A stretch of 64,000 bases of DNA from Tubulanus polymorphus. Its lineage: Eukaryota; Animalia; Nemertea. Both the position numbers and the translations under genes were made by a program. The stretch is from the NCBI RefSeq assembly GCF_964204645.1, contig NC_134026.1, forward strand, positions 31,270,150 through 31,334,149, given 5' to 3'. The notes beneath the pieces are model-generated. The model was not told the origin of the DNA and searched no databases. It worked only from the letters and a program-made list of their open reading frames with translations. Positions 41,443-55,530 of this stretch are shown piece after piece (the first letter of the stretch is position 1; the number at the start of each line of letters is the position of its first letter).

Positions 41443-41555
41443 AAACTACACTAGCTCATGGAAACCTTTTCGGAATTTATTTATTCTGTTCTGTTGTAGG
41501 ATTTCATATCGTCTTTGCAACACGGACTCAGCAGATTGTGTTTCATCAATGGTTG
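41443..41555 (+). mobile_element. Partial copy of the hammerhead-bearing dispersed repeat
   Basis: aaactacactagctcatggaaac...ggatttcatat...caacacggactcag...tgtttcatcaatggtt. Confidence 0.7.
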
Positions 41556-42164
41556 TCGTTGTTGTCGCAGCGCGGACTAAAGAAAAATTGCCTCAGAATG
41601 CGTCGCTAAAAGGTCTCACATATTATTATTCAAGTAGAAATTGGTCATTAGAAAAATACAGAATCGGTGGGAAAAGAGGAGGAGGGAGAGGATGAAAGTC
41701 ATCTCGTGTATAGATGTTAGCAGGGATTGTTAAGTGTTCGTCTCTTAATACATAATTGATGTTTCGGTAACAGCAGTGACTAAACAGTCATTACCGACTC
41801 TGACGTGCTGTATTCAACAACAAAAACATCAAGTTGTTATATTGACAAAACACGAAATTATTTCAGCGTTTCTTTTGTAGAAATAGAAACAAAAAAAACG
41901 AGAAACGTTAGCACAAAGTGACAGCATAGCATCAGAATGCATGTTATCGACCCCGCAGATCCCTTCGTGAGAGATGCAGAACTGTGGGGCGGAGGACCGA
42001 CCCCAGCAGATCTCTTGCTGAGGGATGTAGCATAGAAATATGGGGCGGCCGGTTGCCCAAAAGATAGCTAACATTTACTGGTGGACAAAATACTACAGTT
42101 CCAATGTAGTTTCATTCAGTTTTAACAGCGATAATTTGGGTATTGTAACTGAGTAGAGGATTGA

Positions 42165-42375
42165 CGACCAGTCACTTCACCTGACTGGTCACCACCAGTT
42201 TACAAACCAGCTGACCACCTGACAAACTTACAAACCCAGTCAATCACTACTGGTGTATGGTCTAGTGGTTAGCGTGCTCGGCTGGTACGCTGGCGGCCCC
42301 ATGTTCGAGTCCTGCTAGGGTTAGGGTTAGCGATGCCTTAGGGTTAGAGTTGGGCTGGCTAGATCTTTTTGGTAG
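42165..42375 (+). mobile_element. Second copy of the hairpin/tRNA-like/TTAGGG element
   Basis: gaccagtca...tgactggtc hairpin, then tggtctagtggttagcgtgctcggctgg and gttcgagtcctgctagggttagggttag. Confidence 0.65.
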
Positions 42376-43587
42376 AAAAATCCCGCATTTGGCCAATTCG
42401 TTATTCCTCGCTTTGCCTTTGAAGTATATGCTCATTTTTATTTTTGCAAAATAGTAACTTAGTGACGGACTTGGAGTCAAACTGGTGGCAGCAATTCGTG
42501 AACCCCTGACTTGTTTTCGATATGATATCGTTTTCAAAAATGCTCATCATCGGCTCGACTCGGCTCGACTCGGCTCGACTCGGCTCGACTCGTATGTTAT
42601 ATCCACAAAGGATCGTGTTGCGTTCGAGAGAAGCCTATTTTAATATGCAACATCTGGCAAAGGACATCGTGGATGGTGAATCATAGATTCTCAACTAAAC
42701 AGAGGAATAAAGACAAATGTAGCCCAGCTGAGGTGTGCTGGATTATTTATAAGAGGATAATGCAATATAGAGCTGATTGATCTGCTATACCAGCTCACCC
42801 GCAGTCGAGGGGCGCAGAGCGGGGATTGATCAGGTTTTTTTATCTTTAATAATTTCTGTAAGATGTTTCCATTGTTAGTGTGCGCGAGCCTGAGTTCAAA
42901 GACGCGCATGGATGTTTACACGCACCGTTCTCGTCATGGCGACACGAGACAATACTTTGATGTACATGTACCTCACCAATCTTTGTCCTTAAAAGAACTA
43001 CTTGACGACACAACATTTCGCGCTGTTTGTAGTTAATGAACGTGTGGACATCGTCTGCATCTTCACGAGACCAAACCTTTTATCTTTTCACTTAGAAATG
43101 TCCGCGGTGTATAGAATAATGGAGTTAATAGGCATGGGCAACATTCGGTTCTTTATTAGTGAACTGTCACAAGAAATTGGCTTGTGTATTTGTTCTAACT
43201 TACTGGCTGGTCAGCCTGAGAATCTAACATATGATCAAATATCTTGATACTTAGAGGGGGAATATGAATCATCAGCTACCTATACTGGCACTCGACACGG
43301 TTAGTGAAGCGTTAGAAGGACATTGATTAATGGAAAGTATGACACCTTACAGCATAATAATCACATTTCTCTGTCACTTGTATTACTTGCCGATTACGGG
43401 GTGAGTCACGTCTGGACCGCGTTTGGCTTCGTTTCTAATACCGAGTTTTATAGGTTTTAAACGCGCAACACGCGGCGCGAGTATGACGGTAATTCGTGGT
43501 CAAAAACAACGTGACAAAAATAATCCTAATGAATTGTGGCAGTTACTGCAATCAAACTACACTGTACATATTAGACCACTAGTATAC

Positions 43588-43895
43588 CTAACTTAAGACC
43601 AGTTTAAGCTTATCTTAGTTGTATAATCAATCTAACAACTTAATACCAGTCTAAACTCATTTTGGTTCTATAACCAATCTAACAACTTAAGACCAGTTAA
43701 GCTCATTTGGTTCTATAACTAACCTAACAACTTAAGACCAGTCTCAGCTCATTTTGGTTCTATAGCCAATCTAACAACTTAAGACCAGTCTAAGCTCATT
43801 TTGATTCAATAACCAATCTACCACTACTTTAGACTAGTCTAAACTCATTTTAGTTCTAGAACCAATCTAACGTTAAGAAGTCTGATTCTGGTTCT
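43588..43895. mobile_element. 47-bp-array MITE-derived tract
   Basis: About 6 units of the 47-bp repeat. Confidence 0.75.
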
Positions 43896-44220
43896 ATTGT
43901 AAGTAAAGGTTCTTTGAACTCTTTTTGTTGCCACAGTAAATAATTGTCCCTCAACGATCTTAAGATTTCCTGGACAAATATTGACACAGAACGGAATAGA
44001 AAATACAGATATAATCGACGTGTTAGTCACATACGGGTTATCAGAGATCTCAGAGATCTCAGAGATCTCAGAGATATTAGAGATATAGATTATCTATCAG
44101 TGAGATTCTCTAAGATCCGACTCAGTCTCCCAGGTGCAACATGATTGCGGCTGTAATTAGTGCGACTTATTTCTACAGCTTTGATCTGATAACTATACGG
44201 TAAACGGTGTAGATACAGTC

Positions 44221-44628
44221 ACCAGGTGGCGCTGCAATCATCAGTAATTACCCCCCCCCCCACACACATCAATAACTACTCTATCGGTCCGCCAGGTGGC
44301 GCTGCAATCATCAGTAATTACCCCCTCCCCCACACATCAATAACTACTCTATCGGTCCGCCAGGTGGCGCTGCAATCATCAGTAATTACCCCCTCCCCCA
44401 CACATCAATAACTACTCTATCGGTCCGCCAGGTGGCGCTGCAATCATCAGTAATTACCCCCCACACACACACACATCAATAACTACTCTATCGGTCCGCC
44501 AGGTGGCGCTGCAATCATCAGTAATTACCCCCCACACACACACATCAATAACTACTCTATCGGTCCGCCAGGTGGCGCTGCAATCATCAGTAATTACCCC
44601 ACACACATCAATAACTACTCTATCGGTC
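44221..44628 (+). repeat. 68-71-bp tandem (6 copies), each with a CTCF-like motif
   Basis: Unit ccgccaggtggcgctgcaatcatcagtaattacccc(var)cacacatcaataactactctatcggt. Confidence 0.9.
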
Positions 44629-45421
44629 TGTTGCTGTTTTCCGGTTGGTTGTTCAACGTGTTTCGTGCAATCGCTTTGATGATTTCTGGCCGGGAATATT
44701 TTCTGAGCCGGAGTCGTTGATTAAGTAAAATTAGTCGCCAGAGTCTTTTCTTCTATTTAGATGTCGACTTCATTGCGGATAATACTTGGTAAATATGCGG
44801 ATAAAAGCAAAGCCGACAAGCCGACAAGCCGACAACTCAAATCAAACACGGTAAAAAAGAGTAACCTATTTGTAGGCAACAACATCAATCCATCACGGTT
44901 TACATGTTTCACATCACTTAGCGTGATTAAGTTTTCCAGTTTTATAGACAGAGAACACAGTGTACCAACTGTGAGGTAAAGCTTTGAAGTGTCCAAAGTA
45001 AAAAAAAAAACAACTATATTCAAAAACGTCTACGGTAAAAACTGTTAATAGAAACACTGCGCGCGCACGTCGACATAGACCGCGGTGTGTGGTTTGTAAA
45101 TAGTTACCACTACAAAAGGGATGAAGTTGATGGTAAAAGAGGGACGGTAATGTTTGCAAACAGCGGGAAAGTTGTTTCTGTGTATTGCGCAGATGATATT
45201 TCACAGTAGGTTGTTTCTTTAGAAGTTGATACCATCGAGAAAAACTAACTGAATACAAACACAGAGCGGAATCTAAGCCCGATATCGTGTTCTTAAAACC
45301 CCCTGACGCGCGCGCGATTCGTTAGATTCTTAGCGAATCGAAAAGATCCGCGCTCAGCGTAAAATATCTATCGATGTTCGTGGAAAGCTTCAGGGTGAAC
45401 GAAGTGAACGCGCCACCGGTC

Positions 45422-45845
<424 letters not shown>

Positions 45846-46096
45846 ATTCCTAGATCAAATATAGATCGTAAAAGACTCATTCCGGTCCCATCCACAGTAG
45901 GGACAACTTTCACAAAACATTTACGAACTCATGATTCGATTGGGGAAAAGTTTGGCCCAATTTGTGACCCACTGTCACTCGCCATATTGTGAACGCCCCC
46001 TAGCGGTACCCTAATAGATGAAACACGAACATCACTTAAAAATGGTCACGGCTTCATAAGCTGAATGTTCACTCAGAGTCTGTTTCCCAAAATCTT

Positions 46097-46443
46097 GGGT
46101 CCAGAACTGTGGAACTGTGTCCAGAACTGTAGAACTGGATCCAGAACCGTGGAACTGAGTCCAGAACTGTGGAACTGAGTCCAGAACTGTAGAACTGGGT
46201 CCAGAACTGTAGAACTGAGTCCAGAACTGTAGAACTGAGTCCAGAACTGTGGAACTGGGTCCAAACCGTGGAACTGAGTCCAGAACCGTGGAACTGAGTC
46301 CAAACCGTGGAACTGAGTCCAAACCGTGGAACTGAGTCCAGAACCGTGGAACTGAGTCCAAACCGTGGAACTGAGTCCAAACCGTGGAACTGAGTCCAAA
46401 CCGTGGAAACTGAGTCCAGAACTGTGGAACTGAGTCCAGAACT
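46097..46443. repeat. 19/20-bp minisatellite related to a MITE terminus
   Basis: Unit gtccagaactgtggaactga matches the MITE end cagaactgtggaactggacc at ~9175-9194. Confidence 0.9.
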
Positions 46444-48139
46444 TTTCCTCTAAGAAGTAGACCAAACCTTGAAAAAAGTCTCAATAAACTTGTGATACAG
46501 CTATGCGAGAGGAGAGAGTTTGTTTTTTTGATACTACTACAAATATTCCTCTCTCTCTCCCTCCGGCTCTCAGGCGTGAACGCGTATACTTTCACTGTAA
46601 ACAGTTTTACACAGGTAAGCATTGACAAATATACCACGCAGTTTTCTAATGCACCCACCTAGTTTTTTTTCTATCATTCAGCAAAAGAACATTCTCTATT
46701 TACACGGTACGATTTATGATAAGACAACCGCATCTCAGTTTCATTTGCTTAATCAACAAATAAACTTTATACTTAATCTAACTGGTCGTTTAGATAAGTT
46801 ACAAGCCCCGCGCCGGGAATAGATTCGTTAGAAACGTATATAGTACGGAATTATAGATAGTAAGATAATCGTATAGTGGAGATTTTAATACAGGTATAGA
46901 TAAAAACATTGCATACCACGCACCTAGCCCTCCCACCTGCTCAAACTCCAGTGGTAGGATCTAGGCAACATAGCCTAACTGTAAAGAACGTAGCCTAAAC
47001 TCCTGTAAGAATTTTATGAGTTTTCGCAACTTAGTGCAGAGTGGCTAAGTAGCTTCATCGGGTAAATGAGTAAACCGATAGCTCTGTGTTTAACTGATTT
47101 TATAATAGAAATCACGAGTTTACGCGGCTAAAAGCTTCGTAATAGGTAAATGAGTCCACGGAGAAACAAATCATTTTTAATAGAATCAAAGTTAACCTGT
47201 AAAGTACTTCTTGTCATATTTCAAGTTTACTTTTAAGTTTATTCATTGGGCAATTTTACCCGTCAACAATCTATGTATTATGGTGTCGATTTCTCTAGTA
47301 ATTCTAAACACGATAGCACAATATTCAATTCCACCTGAATTCTATTTTGATTTTCGAACACCCGACCGGGAGGAGAGAGAGGGTTGCGAGTTACACAGTT
47401 CTCTCGAGTACCAAACCAACGCGCGTTTGGTATAAAATATTTCCGCATATTCGTTTCAAGAATAGCCACAAGTAGCGTAGAATATATTAGCTACATTCCG
47501 AAGTGAAACACTCAATAAAAGAAATATAAGACTCTTTCGGATGTGTTTAATTATTTACAACAGAATTTGTTTCCCAATTAAACTGGTTTCGTCGTCTCTG
47601 TGTTTGAAATCGTGTTTGTATATTGACGAAGCTCTTATATATTGACTGTATTCGTCAAAGTGAAGTATAATAGCTCAGGCAGGAGTTGCTTCTTGACCCA
47701 ACTCTCTCTCCAGCGAGAAACCGTTCACACACATCGACACATTTAAAAAAAAATAAATCCATAAGAATAAAAACACGTGAATCAAATTATGATTGATACG
47801 ATCGTGAAATAAGAAATATGGTCTCGGAAAACATTGTTTCCGAGATAAGAAATGATCGATTCTATTTTCTACTTGTGTCGTCTGCGTTGGTATTGTTATC
47901 GCTTCGTTCGATAACCTCAACCTTGGAGTTGGAGTTATGATAAGATTTAAAAATTGTATTATACTCCACGACTGAGCAACTCACTCTATCTACCGAATAT
48001 TTTAAACAGAAATCTGATGCTTACCAGAGACACGTCGGTTTCAGATTCTTCTTTACTCGATACAGAATCTACTGAAAATATATATAAAGAAAACTATCAA
48101 AAACATTCACATGTTTACAGGATCAATGTTAAAGCAAAT

Positions 48140-48368
48140 CATAATGCGTAGGGCCTATACATAATGCGTAGGGCCAATACATAATGCGTAGGGCCTATAC
48201 ATAATGCGTAGGGCCTATACATAATGCGTAGGGCCTATACATAATGCGTAGGGCCTATACATAATGCGTAGGGCCTATACATAATGCGTAGGGCCTATAC
48301 ATAATGCGTAGGGCCTGATACATAATGCGTAGGGCCTGATACATAATGCGTAGGGCCTATACATAATA
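48140..48368. repeat. 20-bp minisatellite, ~11 copies
   Basis: Unit cataatgcgtagggcctata. Confidence 0.95.
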
Positions 48369-49697
48369 CGCTGGTGATGAGGGAGTTTTCACACATACGT
48401 GTAAATGTCCAATTAAACTAACGTGTTGCCGATGCCGGTGCCGGTCGTGTTGACTGAATTATATTTCATTTTCAACATCATTAAATTAAATGTGTTTCAA
48501 TTTAAAGCAACATTTTTTCAATGGAGGAGGTGGTGATGGGGGCAGTGGGGGTGGGCTGTGGGGGGGGGACGCATTGATATCATGAGGAAGGGCAGGACAG
48601 GAAATATTTGATAATGTTGTTTTGATAATGGTTTATGAAATGTGTGTTACGCGTAGGTCCGCGGCCTCGCGACTGTCCCAGTGAGAGAAGGGAGGGGGTA
48701 AATTGAGATTTCAGCCCTGATTCGGTTATCTGAGTTAGTCGACTATTTGCGAACTTTACGAATGTCAGTTAGTCGAAACTATAGCCCGGAAATGGTCGAC
48801 CACGGGATGAGCACGGTCGCTGTAGTTCCGACCCAGTTTCAGGATGGCCGAAACTGTTTAAGCATCACCGCCGAACTATAATGTGTTCTGTTATTAGCTC
48901 CGACCATTGTTTTAGCTACGAAATCTGAAGTTGGCCTCAACTGGCGATCTACCCTAAACCTGGATACGGCTGGTTTGCTCCCAGTATCTGTCACGTTCTA
49001 ACTCCGATACTACCCCGCCTTTAAGCTGCCCGATGACTGACTGTATATCTGTGACGTCACACATTGCTGTTAAGTGGCCTATGATATTACTGAACTCGAA
49101 AGTGTGCTTGACCGAACGGATATCAAATTATAGTCGTTTCGACCGAGCGGCCCAGAAACCCTCCATCATAGCATTTAACCCTGGCTCCTGGCTCTCCATC
49201 AACCCAAGCTGTCCAACACGCGTGAGGCAGATCGTGGTGGATAATTAACAGTCTCCCAGTAAATGGCCATAAAGACGATGAGAGAGAGAGAGAGGAGGAG
49301 AGAGAGGAGGGATTGTCATGAGTCACGGTAGAGTCTGTTTACATTAATGAGCGAAAGTAGCAAAAAACACTACAGCTTTACGCCATTATTTCTGACAAAT
49401 TGGATCCGTTCATCAGAACTCGACACTCAGTGAACTTGTTACGTTTTTCTGTTTCTGCTTGTGTCGTTCTGAATCAGCATTTAGTGTTAACCATTAATGA
49501 AACAATCCGAGTCCGTGTTGTAACGATTATCAGATGACACATTGAAAAAAATAAAAACAGTCCGAAATGTTTCCTCGAGCTAGTAGTTTATTCATGGTTT
49601 CGACTTTATCCTTAAAAGTCGACTTTAAATGGTTAAAATATGACAGCATTTTGTTTCAGTATCGACTGCAGGAGTTAGAATTGACTTATGTTGTTCT

Positions 49698-49830
49698 GGG
49701 GATGGTTGCACAGTCATGACTTAAGTCCTAAAATGGTCTTAAATCTTAAGACTGATCCTTAAGTTAGATTGGCTATACAACTAAGTTGGTCTTAGACTGG
49801 TCCCAAGCCTAAGCCGTGACTGTGTAACTG
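49698..49830. mobile_element. Short copy of the 47-bp MITE family
   Basis: ggttgcacagtcatgacttaag ... taagccgtgactgtgtaactg. Confidence 0.75.
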
Positions 49831-49929
49831 TTCTGGATGAATAGTTGCGGGATTCCCATTCAAATGAATAATGACGTCACTGGAGATTCCACTCTATGAA
49901 TTCCAGTCGAGCATGTCAGTGATCACACC

Positions 49930-50000
49930 GGTCAGTGTGGCTGAAGCGTAGGACGATCGCCTCCGAGACCGGAGGTCCGAGATCGAATCCTCGCTAGGAT
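49930..50000 (+). mobile_element. tRNA-derived SINE-like head
   Basis: gtggctgaagcgtagg, hairpin ctccg/cggag, then ggtccgagatcgaatcctcg. Confidence 0.4.
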
Positions 50001-51295
50001 GGCCGCCTTAGTTACGAAGATCCCACATGACCCCAAACAATTTTTTTTCTCCGATTGTTCTGGTTTTAACTGAAATCCTAATAATTTGTTTATCAGCGGT
50101 AAGTCTAAGCGGGCTAGGGGTTGAGAGGTCCGTGTTTTATCTATAAGAGTCAGAGGAACAGTTCAAACGTTCTTTATTGTCCTGTGCTGGGATTTTATAT
50201 GATTTTTACAACACGGACTCAAGGAGTGTTTCATCATCGATACAATTTCGCCGTTGTTTCAATCTTGACTTCTCGATAAGTTTATCACCTGCTTTCATTG
50301 TTTTTACAATCCGTTTCTGTTTATTCCGCGGTTCATTCTCGACGTAAATTTACTCAATGACAAATCGCGACGACCAAACAAAATCCGACACAACTCGTTA
50401 CACGACCTCCACAGTTCGTCTGCTACTCTCGCGACTGTTGTGTACTTTTCTTTGTCATCCTGTCGTTCATTTTCTCCGGTTTTCGATGCGGCCAATAAAC
50501 TAACGTTGTATGTCTCGTGGTATTGACACAATGTTCTCAAACAGCCTCTAATTGCATACCTGGCATAATTCTACCCGGCGTGATGTCCGCATAATGAGAC
50601 TCCCCGTGACTCATATCGTAATTAAAACTACGTGTTACGGATTTCAAAGGTCACAAAGGCTTCAGTTTCACTGATCCCGGCAACCACTACAGGAATGCAA
50701 TATCGATGCTATTATTATGAGATTATTGCTGATATATTCCAAAGCTTCGATGATTTTGATATTTCACAGAATATCATCTCACGCAATATTTCAGATTGAG
50801 ATTATTGTCACTCTTATTCGTTTAACTGATTTCATGTTTATTTCGTGTGACCCTTGCTGGCACACCTGCCGGGCACCGTACAGGGGGTTAATACAGCCAT
50901 TGTTATTGAACCCGGTAAGTTTGGGAGGTTTGTAACTCAATTTGACACGATAACTAAGAACCAAATACAGATTAAAATCTTTAGTTAATAAATCCCCAAT
51001 TTATATAAATCTGTCGTGGTTTTATTCATTTTGATTCACGCAAAGATCGTCACATATCCGTTACAAAAAGACGTGGAAAACAACAGGACAAAATACCGTC
51101 CAAAAAGACTTGCCGTAAAGGCGTAACAAAAATGTGATTTAACAATGTATATTTCACCTATCAACTTTGAAATGTTAATATCAGTTTAACTCTAGTCGAA
51201 CTATAAAATCCTGGATTCATAGGCCTGCTAGGAACTGAAACCCATCAAAAAATACTATGTTACCTACAGGATCTGATTCACGACACGAAATCGCT

Positions 51296-51523
51296 GACAG
51301 TTTGGATCGGGTTCAGCTGTGTCTGGAGACAGTTTGGGTCGGGTCAAGCTGTGTCTGGAGACAGTTTGGGTCGGGTTCAGCTGTGTCTGGAGACAGTTTG
51401 GATCGGGTCCAGCCGTATCTGGAGACAGTTTGGATCGGGTTCAGGTGTGTCTGGAGACAGTTTGGACCGGGTCCAGCCGTATCTGGAGACAGTTTGGATC
51501 GGGTTCAGGTGTGTCTGGAGACA
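51296..51523. repeat. 32-bp minisatellite, ~7 copies
   Basis: Unit tctggagacagtttggatcgggttcagctgtg. Confidence 0.93.
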
Positions 51524-51917
51524 ACATGTACAAAATGTTATGAACTATAAAGTGAATTTTAATGAAGTAAATATCGTGAATGTGTCTTTTGTCGTTTCGA
51601 CAATATATCAGAAATCCTACGTTACGCTGTATCAAAGCAATAAGGCTTCTCAGTGATGTTTTTGACGCACGATCTTTGACTCATTCCAATAATAAATCTA
51701 ATCAGAAAGTCAAATTTGATCCGCAGTTCGTGAGCCCGTGACAAAATACAAGAAGAGTAATCGTAACGAGGTTAAATCAAACACCTTCCTCGGTTGTCAT
51801 ATTTAATAAGCAAAGTTTGTTGTTGTTGAAATTTGTTGACGTTTTGATTAACTTTGATGCAGTCATCAAATAACGATATTCGTGATGTTATAAAGTGTTC
51901 GTGTTTCAGCCCTGATG

Positions 51918-52510
51918 AGAACTGGGTTCAGAACTGTGGAACTGGGTTCAGTACTGTGGAACTGGATACAGAACTGTGGAACTGGGTTCAGAACTGTGGA
52001 ACTGGGTTCAGAACTGTGGAACTGGGTTCAGAACTGTGGGACTGGGTACAGTAACTGTGGAACTGGGTTCAGAACTGTGGAACTGGATACAGAACTGTGG
52101 AACTGGATTCAGAACTGTGGAACTGAGTCCAGTAACTGTGGAACTGAGTCCAGAACTGTGGAACTGGGTTCAGTACTGTGGAACTGGATACAGAACTGTG
52201 GAACTGGGTTCAGAACTGTGGAACTGGGTTCAGAACTGTGGGACTGGGTACAGTAACTGTGGAACTGGGTTCAGAACTGTGGAACTGGATACAGAACTGT
52301 GGAACTGGATTCAGAATTGAGGAACTGGGTCCTGAACTGGAGAACTGGATCCTGAATTGTGGAACTGGGTTCAGAACTGTAGAACTGGGTTCAGAACTGT
52401 GGAAATGGATTCAGAACTGTGGAACAGGGTACAGAACTGTGGGACTAGGTTCAGAACTGTGGAAATGGATTCTGAACTGTGGAACTGGATTCTTACTGTG
52501 GAATTGGACC
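51918..52510. repeat. 20-bp minisatellite related to a MITE terminus, ~29 copies
   Basis: Unit cagaactgtggaactgggtt. Confidence 0.93.
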
Positions 52511-53094
52511 AATGCTGTTTTATGTAAATAGTACTCCAGTGAGAAGGCATATAGTTTAAATTCCCAGTGTGGTGATATCAGAGATAGACGATTTGAAACT
52601 AGCTGGTAATCTCTGGATATAACTGGCGGATATATAAATGAAGTGATGGGAATCTAGGGAAATCAGTGCAGGATAAGTAGTCTGTATGATGTAAATAAAA
52701 TAGCTTAACATGACAATTTCCAACTTAATTAGTTCATACTAATAAAACATTATGAAACTATAAACAAACAACGGCCATAATGGATACTAGCAGTGTATAT
52801 ATAGAATACATTTTATCTAGAATATGTAGCATTGAAAAGCAGAATGGTAGTATTGGTCACTGGCAGCACCAGAAAACTGACAAACCTTCATCAAAATTCA
52901 TTTACTTTGATAAGACCTCAGTTGAAATATGACCCCATAGTCAAATAATAAGTTACTCAGACTGAGTGACTTCGGTCGCTAGTTTACTGTTACAGCCTCC
53001 TTCAGCCATGGTCGAAATGAACCAATGAAACGACTCCAGTAGTGAGTGTAAACTTCAGTTTATTTCAACTTTAATGCTGCAACCTGCGTGAACT

Positions 53095-53305
53095 AACTGA
53101 TACTGGTACTGGGATACTGCTACTGGTACTGGTACTGGCGCTGGCGCTGGCGCTGGTACTGGGATACTGGCACTGGTACTGGGATACTGCTACTGGTACT
53201 GGTACTGGCGCTGGCGCTGGCGCTGGTACTGGGATACTGGCACTGGTACTGGGATACTGGTACTGGTACTGGTACTGGGATACTGGCACTGGCACTGACA
53301 CTGGA
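53095..53305. repeat. Hexamer-based (ACTGGT/ACTGGC/GCTGGC) compound repeat
   Basis: Read directly. Confidence 0.9.
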
Positions 53306-55269
53306 AAAACGAAGAACCGTCCTTGAGCATTCCTAGCCACGCCGCTTCTGATAACCACTGGCTGAACTCGTCATAAAACTGAATGCTCTGAATGAGTGAA
53401 TGCTAAGTTGATGTGTAGTTGGCGTGAGTTCGGCTATCAGCGGATTTCCGCTTTTAAGGCGACTATTTTTTATTTTTATCTATTGTACAAATTACGCATA
53501 TATTTCGATAAACGTAATTTATAATAATTTTACCAAGCTCAAAAATAGATAATAATCCACTTGGAAAATAATCTAGTTTTTAAGTCTCAGTCACTCGGAA
53601 AACGGGATTACAATTTCCGATAAACGCCACCGTTGTCACTATTAGTAGTAATCGATGCATTAGGAGCTTTCAAAATATATGGATATCGTGGAGAGACTGA
53701 AGCCAAGATCCGATCTGAAGCTGTATTGAGCACATATACATACAACGACCGAACTTTGGGTTCGAATCCCTGAATATGTGGAGACAATGACCGAACCCAA
53801 TTCAAACGGGCAAACTTAGCGCATGGGATTCATTTCCACAGTTCTGAGTTAAGGTTGGTCTATAAAATAATTTAAACTCGAGTCGTTGATAGTCTAGGCT
53901 TAGTTCAAAGCGGTGAAACCCAGTGCGTCCTGATTCGTAAAGCGCTCTCAGGCGAAAAGTACTGAAACCTCACCCGCTACGGCGGTGAGTGCAATAACCG
54001 GACTATAGGTGGGTTCGAATCCTTGAATATTGACCGAACTAAACTCAAACTAATGCATCACATATCTATTAAGTCTCCTCAGGTATATAGAATGCACTGA
54101 AGGCGCCTAATTAACTACACTAGTTTTTACAGTGTCCAGCACTAAACATCGATACACTGAACAGACACGTGAAGTACCATTGGACGATATAAAGTATAAC
54201 TCGAGTCCGATGTCTGAACGACCATCAGATTCTAGCAAGTCCGAGTCAGAAAGTGCAGTGAAAAATTGATCATCTCGCCCGGGGACCGGGTTCCGGGCGG
54301 TCGGCACGCATGCGCGATGAATTTTGATCAATATTTGATGGACTGTGTCTAGTGTTTGCCTCGAGGGAGACATTCAAGACAAAAAACACAACAGCGGTTT
54401 AGAGTGATTAGTACAGACTATAGTTTCCAGTAATTAACCAAACAATTCACTAGTGGTCTGAATCAGATATACGTGACCAAAATACCATCACCTGCTCGCC
54501 GCCTCCTGACTCGCCCGCGCCGCCTGACTCGTCAGGTCAGGTACAGCGCTAATGTCATTTATCGGCCCACGTGACCCTGCATGTCTCTGGTGATTAAACA
54601 CAAGTTGTTTATTTCATTACAGTCTGTGACTTGTTTTAGTAAACACGAAAAACATCGGGCAAAAAACTCTGAAAACTTTCGAGATGAGGAGAGGGCGCTG
54701 CGATCAGGAGCAGAGGGCGCTGCGATCGTTCAAATTGAAGAATAAAGTTAAATCTCATCTTATCTTGTCAATTATCTAAGACCATACTATGTCTAACTTA
54801 AACAGTCTTAACATTTAAGACCACTCCAAGACTTACGTCACGACTGCAACTGAATGACTATCTCTCGGCAAAACTGATGGTTTTGAAGTAAATGTTGGTC
54901 AGATCTCTGTTCGGTATATGACCCTTGAATAAAGCGGTCGTACATTGAGACCATCAGCCTTACGGGCTGGAAATGAATTAGAGTCAAATTTATATAAACT
55001 GTAGAACTGTAAGATGAGATCTTGGAAAGTCAAATGATTACTCCAAGGTAAGATCTAGTATTCATTCATAATGAGAGATGTACAGTGGCCGGTCACTGGT
55101 CTCGTCACTGGTCTCGTCAATCCAGGGTTTATAGGTTCAAACCCTGGTGGCGACAGAGTTTCTTGGTCGAATAGTTCTTCTCTGGTCTCTCCCCCATTGG
55201 GAAAACGAAGCATCGAACCCGCTTATAATGACCTGCGTGGCGCTTAGCGGGTTGAGGGTGTTTAAAAAA

Positions 55270-55530
55270 AAGTATTCCTGTAGACTATTGGGATAAACAC
55301 GACTGGGTCAAGGAAACATTTCGTACTCAATGTCTATTCTTAACGTTGGATCTTGTATCATCTTTTACAACACGGACTCAGAGTCAGTTTTATCGATGTT
55401 TTTGATAAGAAGTAGAAAAAAAGATTAACAAATCATAATTCTGATGAAACACTAGAATTCCTGAAGATGGTTATTGTAGTCGAAATGTAGAATCTGGTAC
55501 TAGCTCCAAGGAAAGATTTCAGACCATTCA
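55270..55530 (+). mobile_element. Two degenerate copies of the hammerhead-bearing repeat
   Basis: agtattcctgtagactatt...caaggaaacatttcg...tttacaacacggactcaga, then acactagaattcctgaagatggttattgtagtcgaaatgt. Confidence 0.65.
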
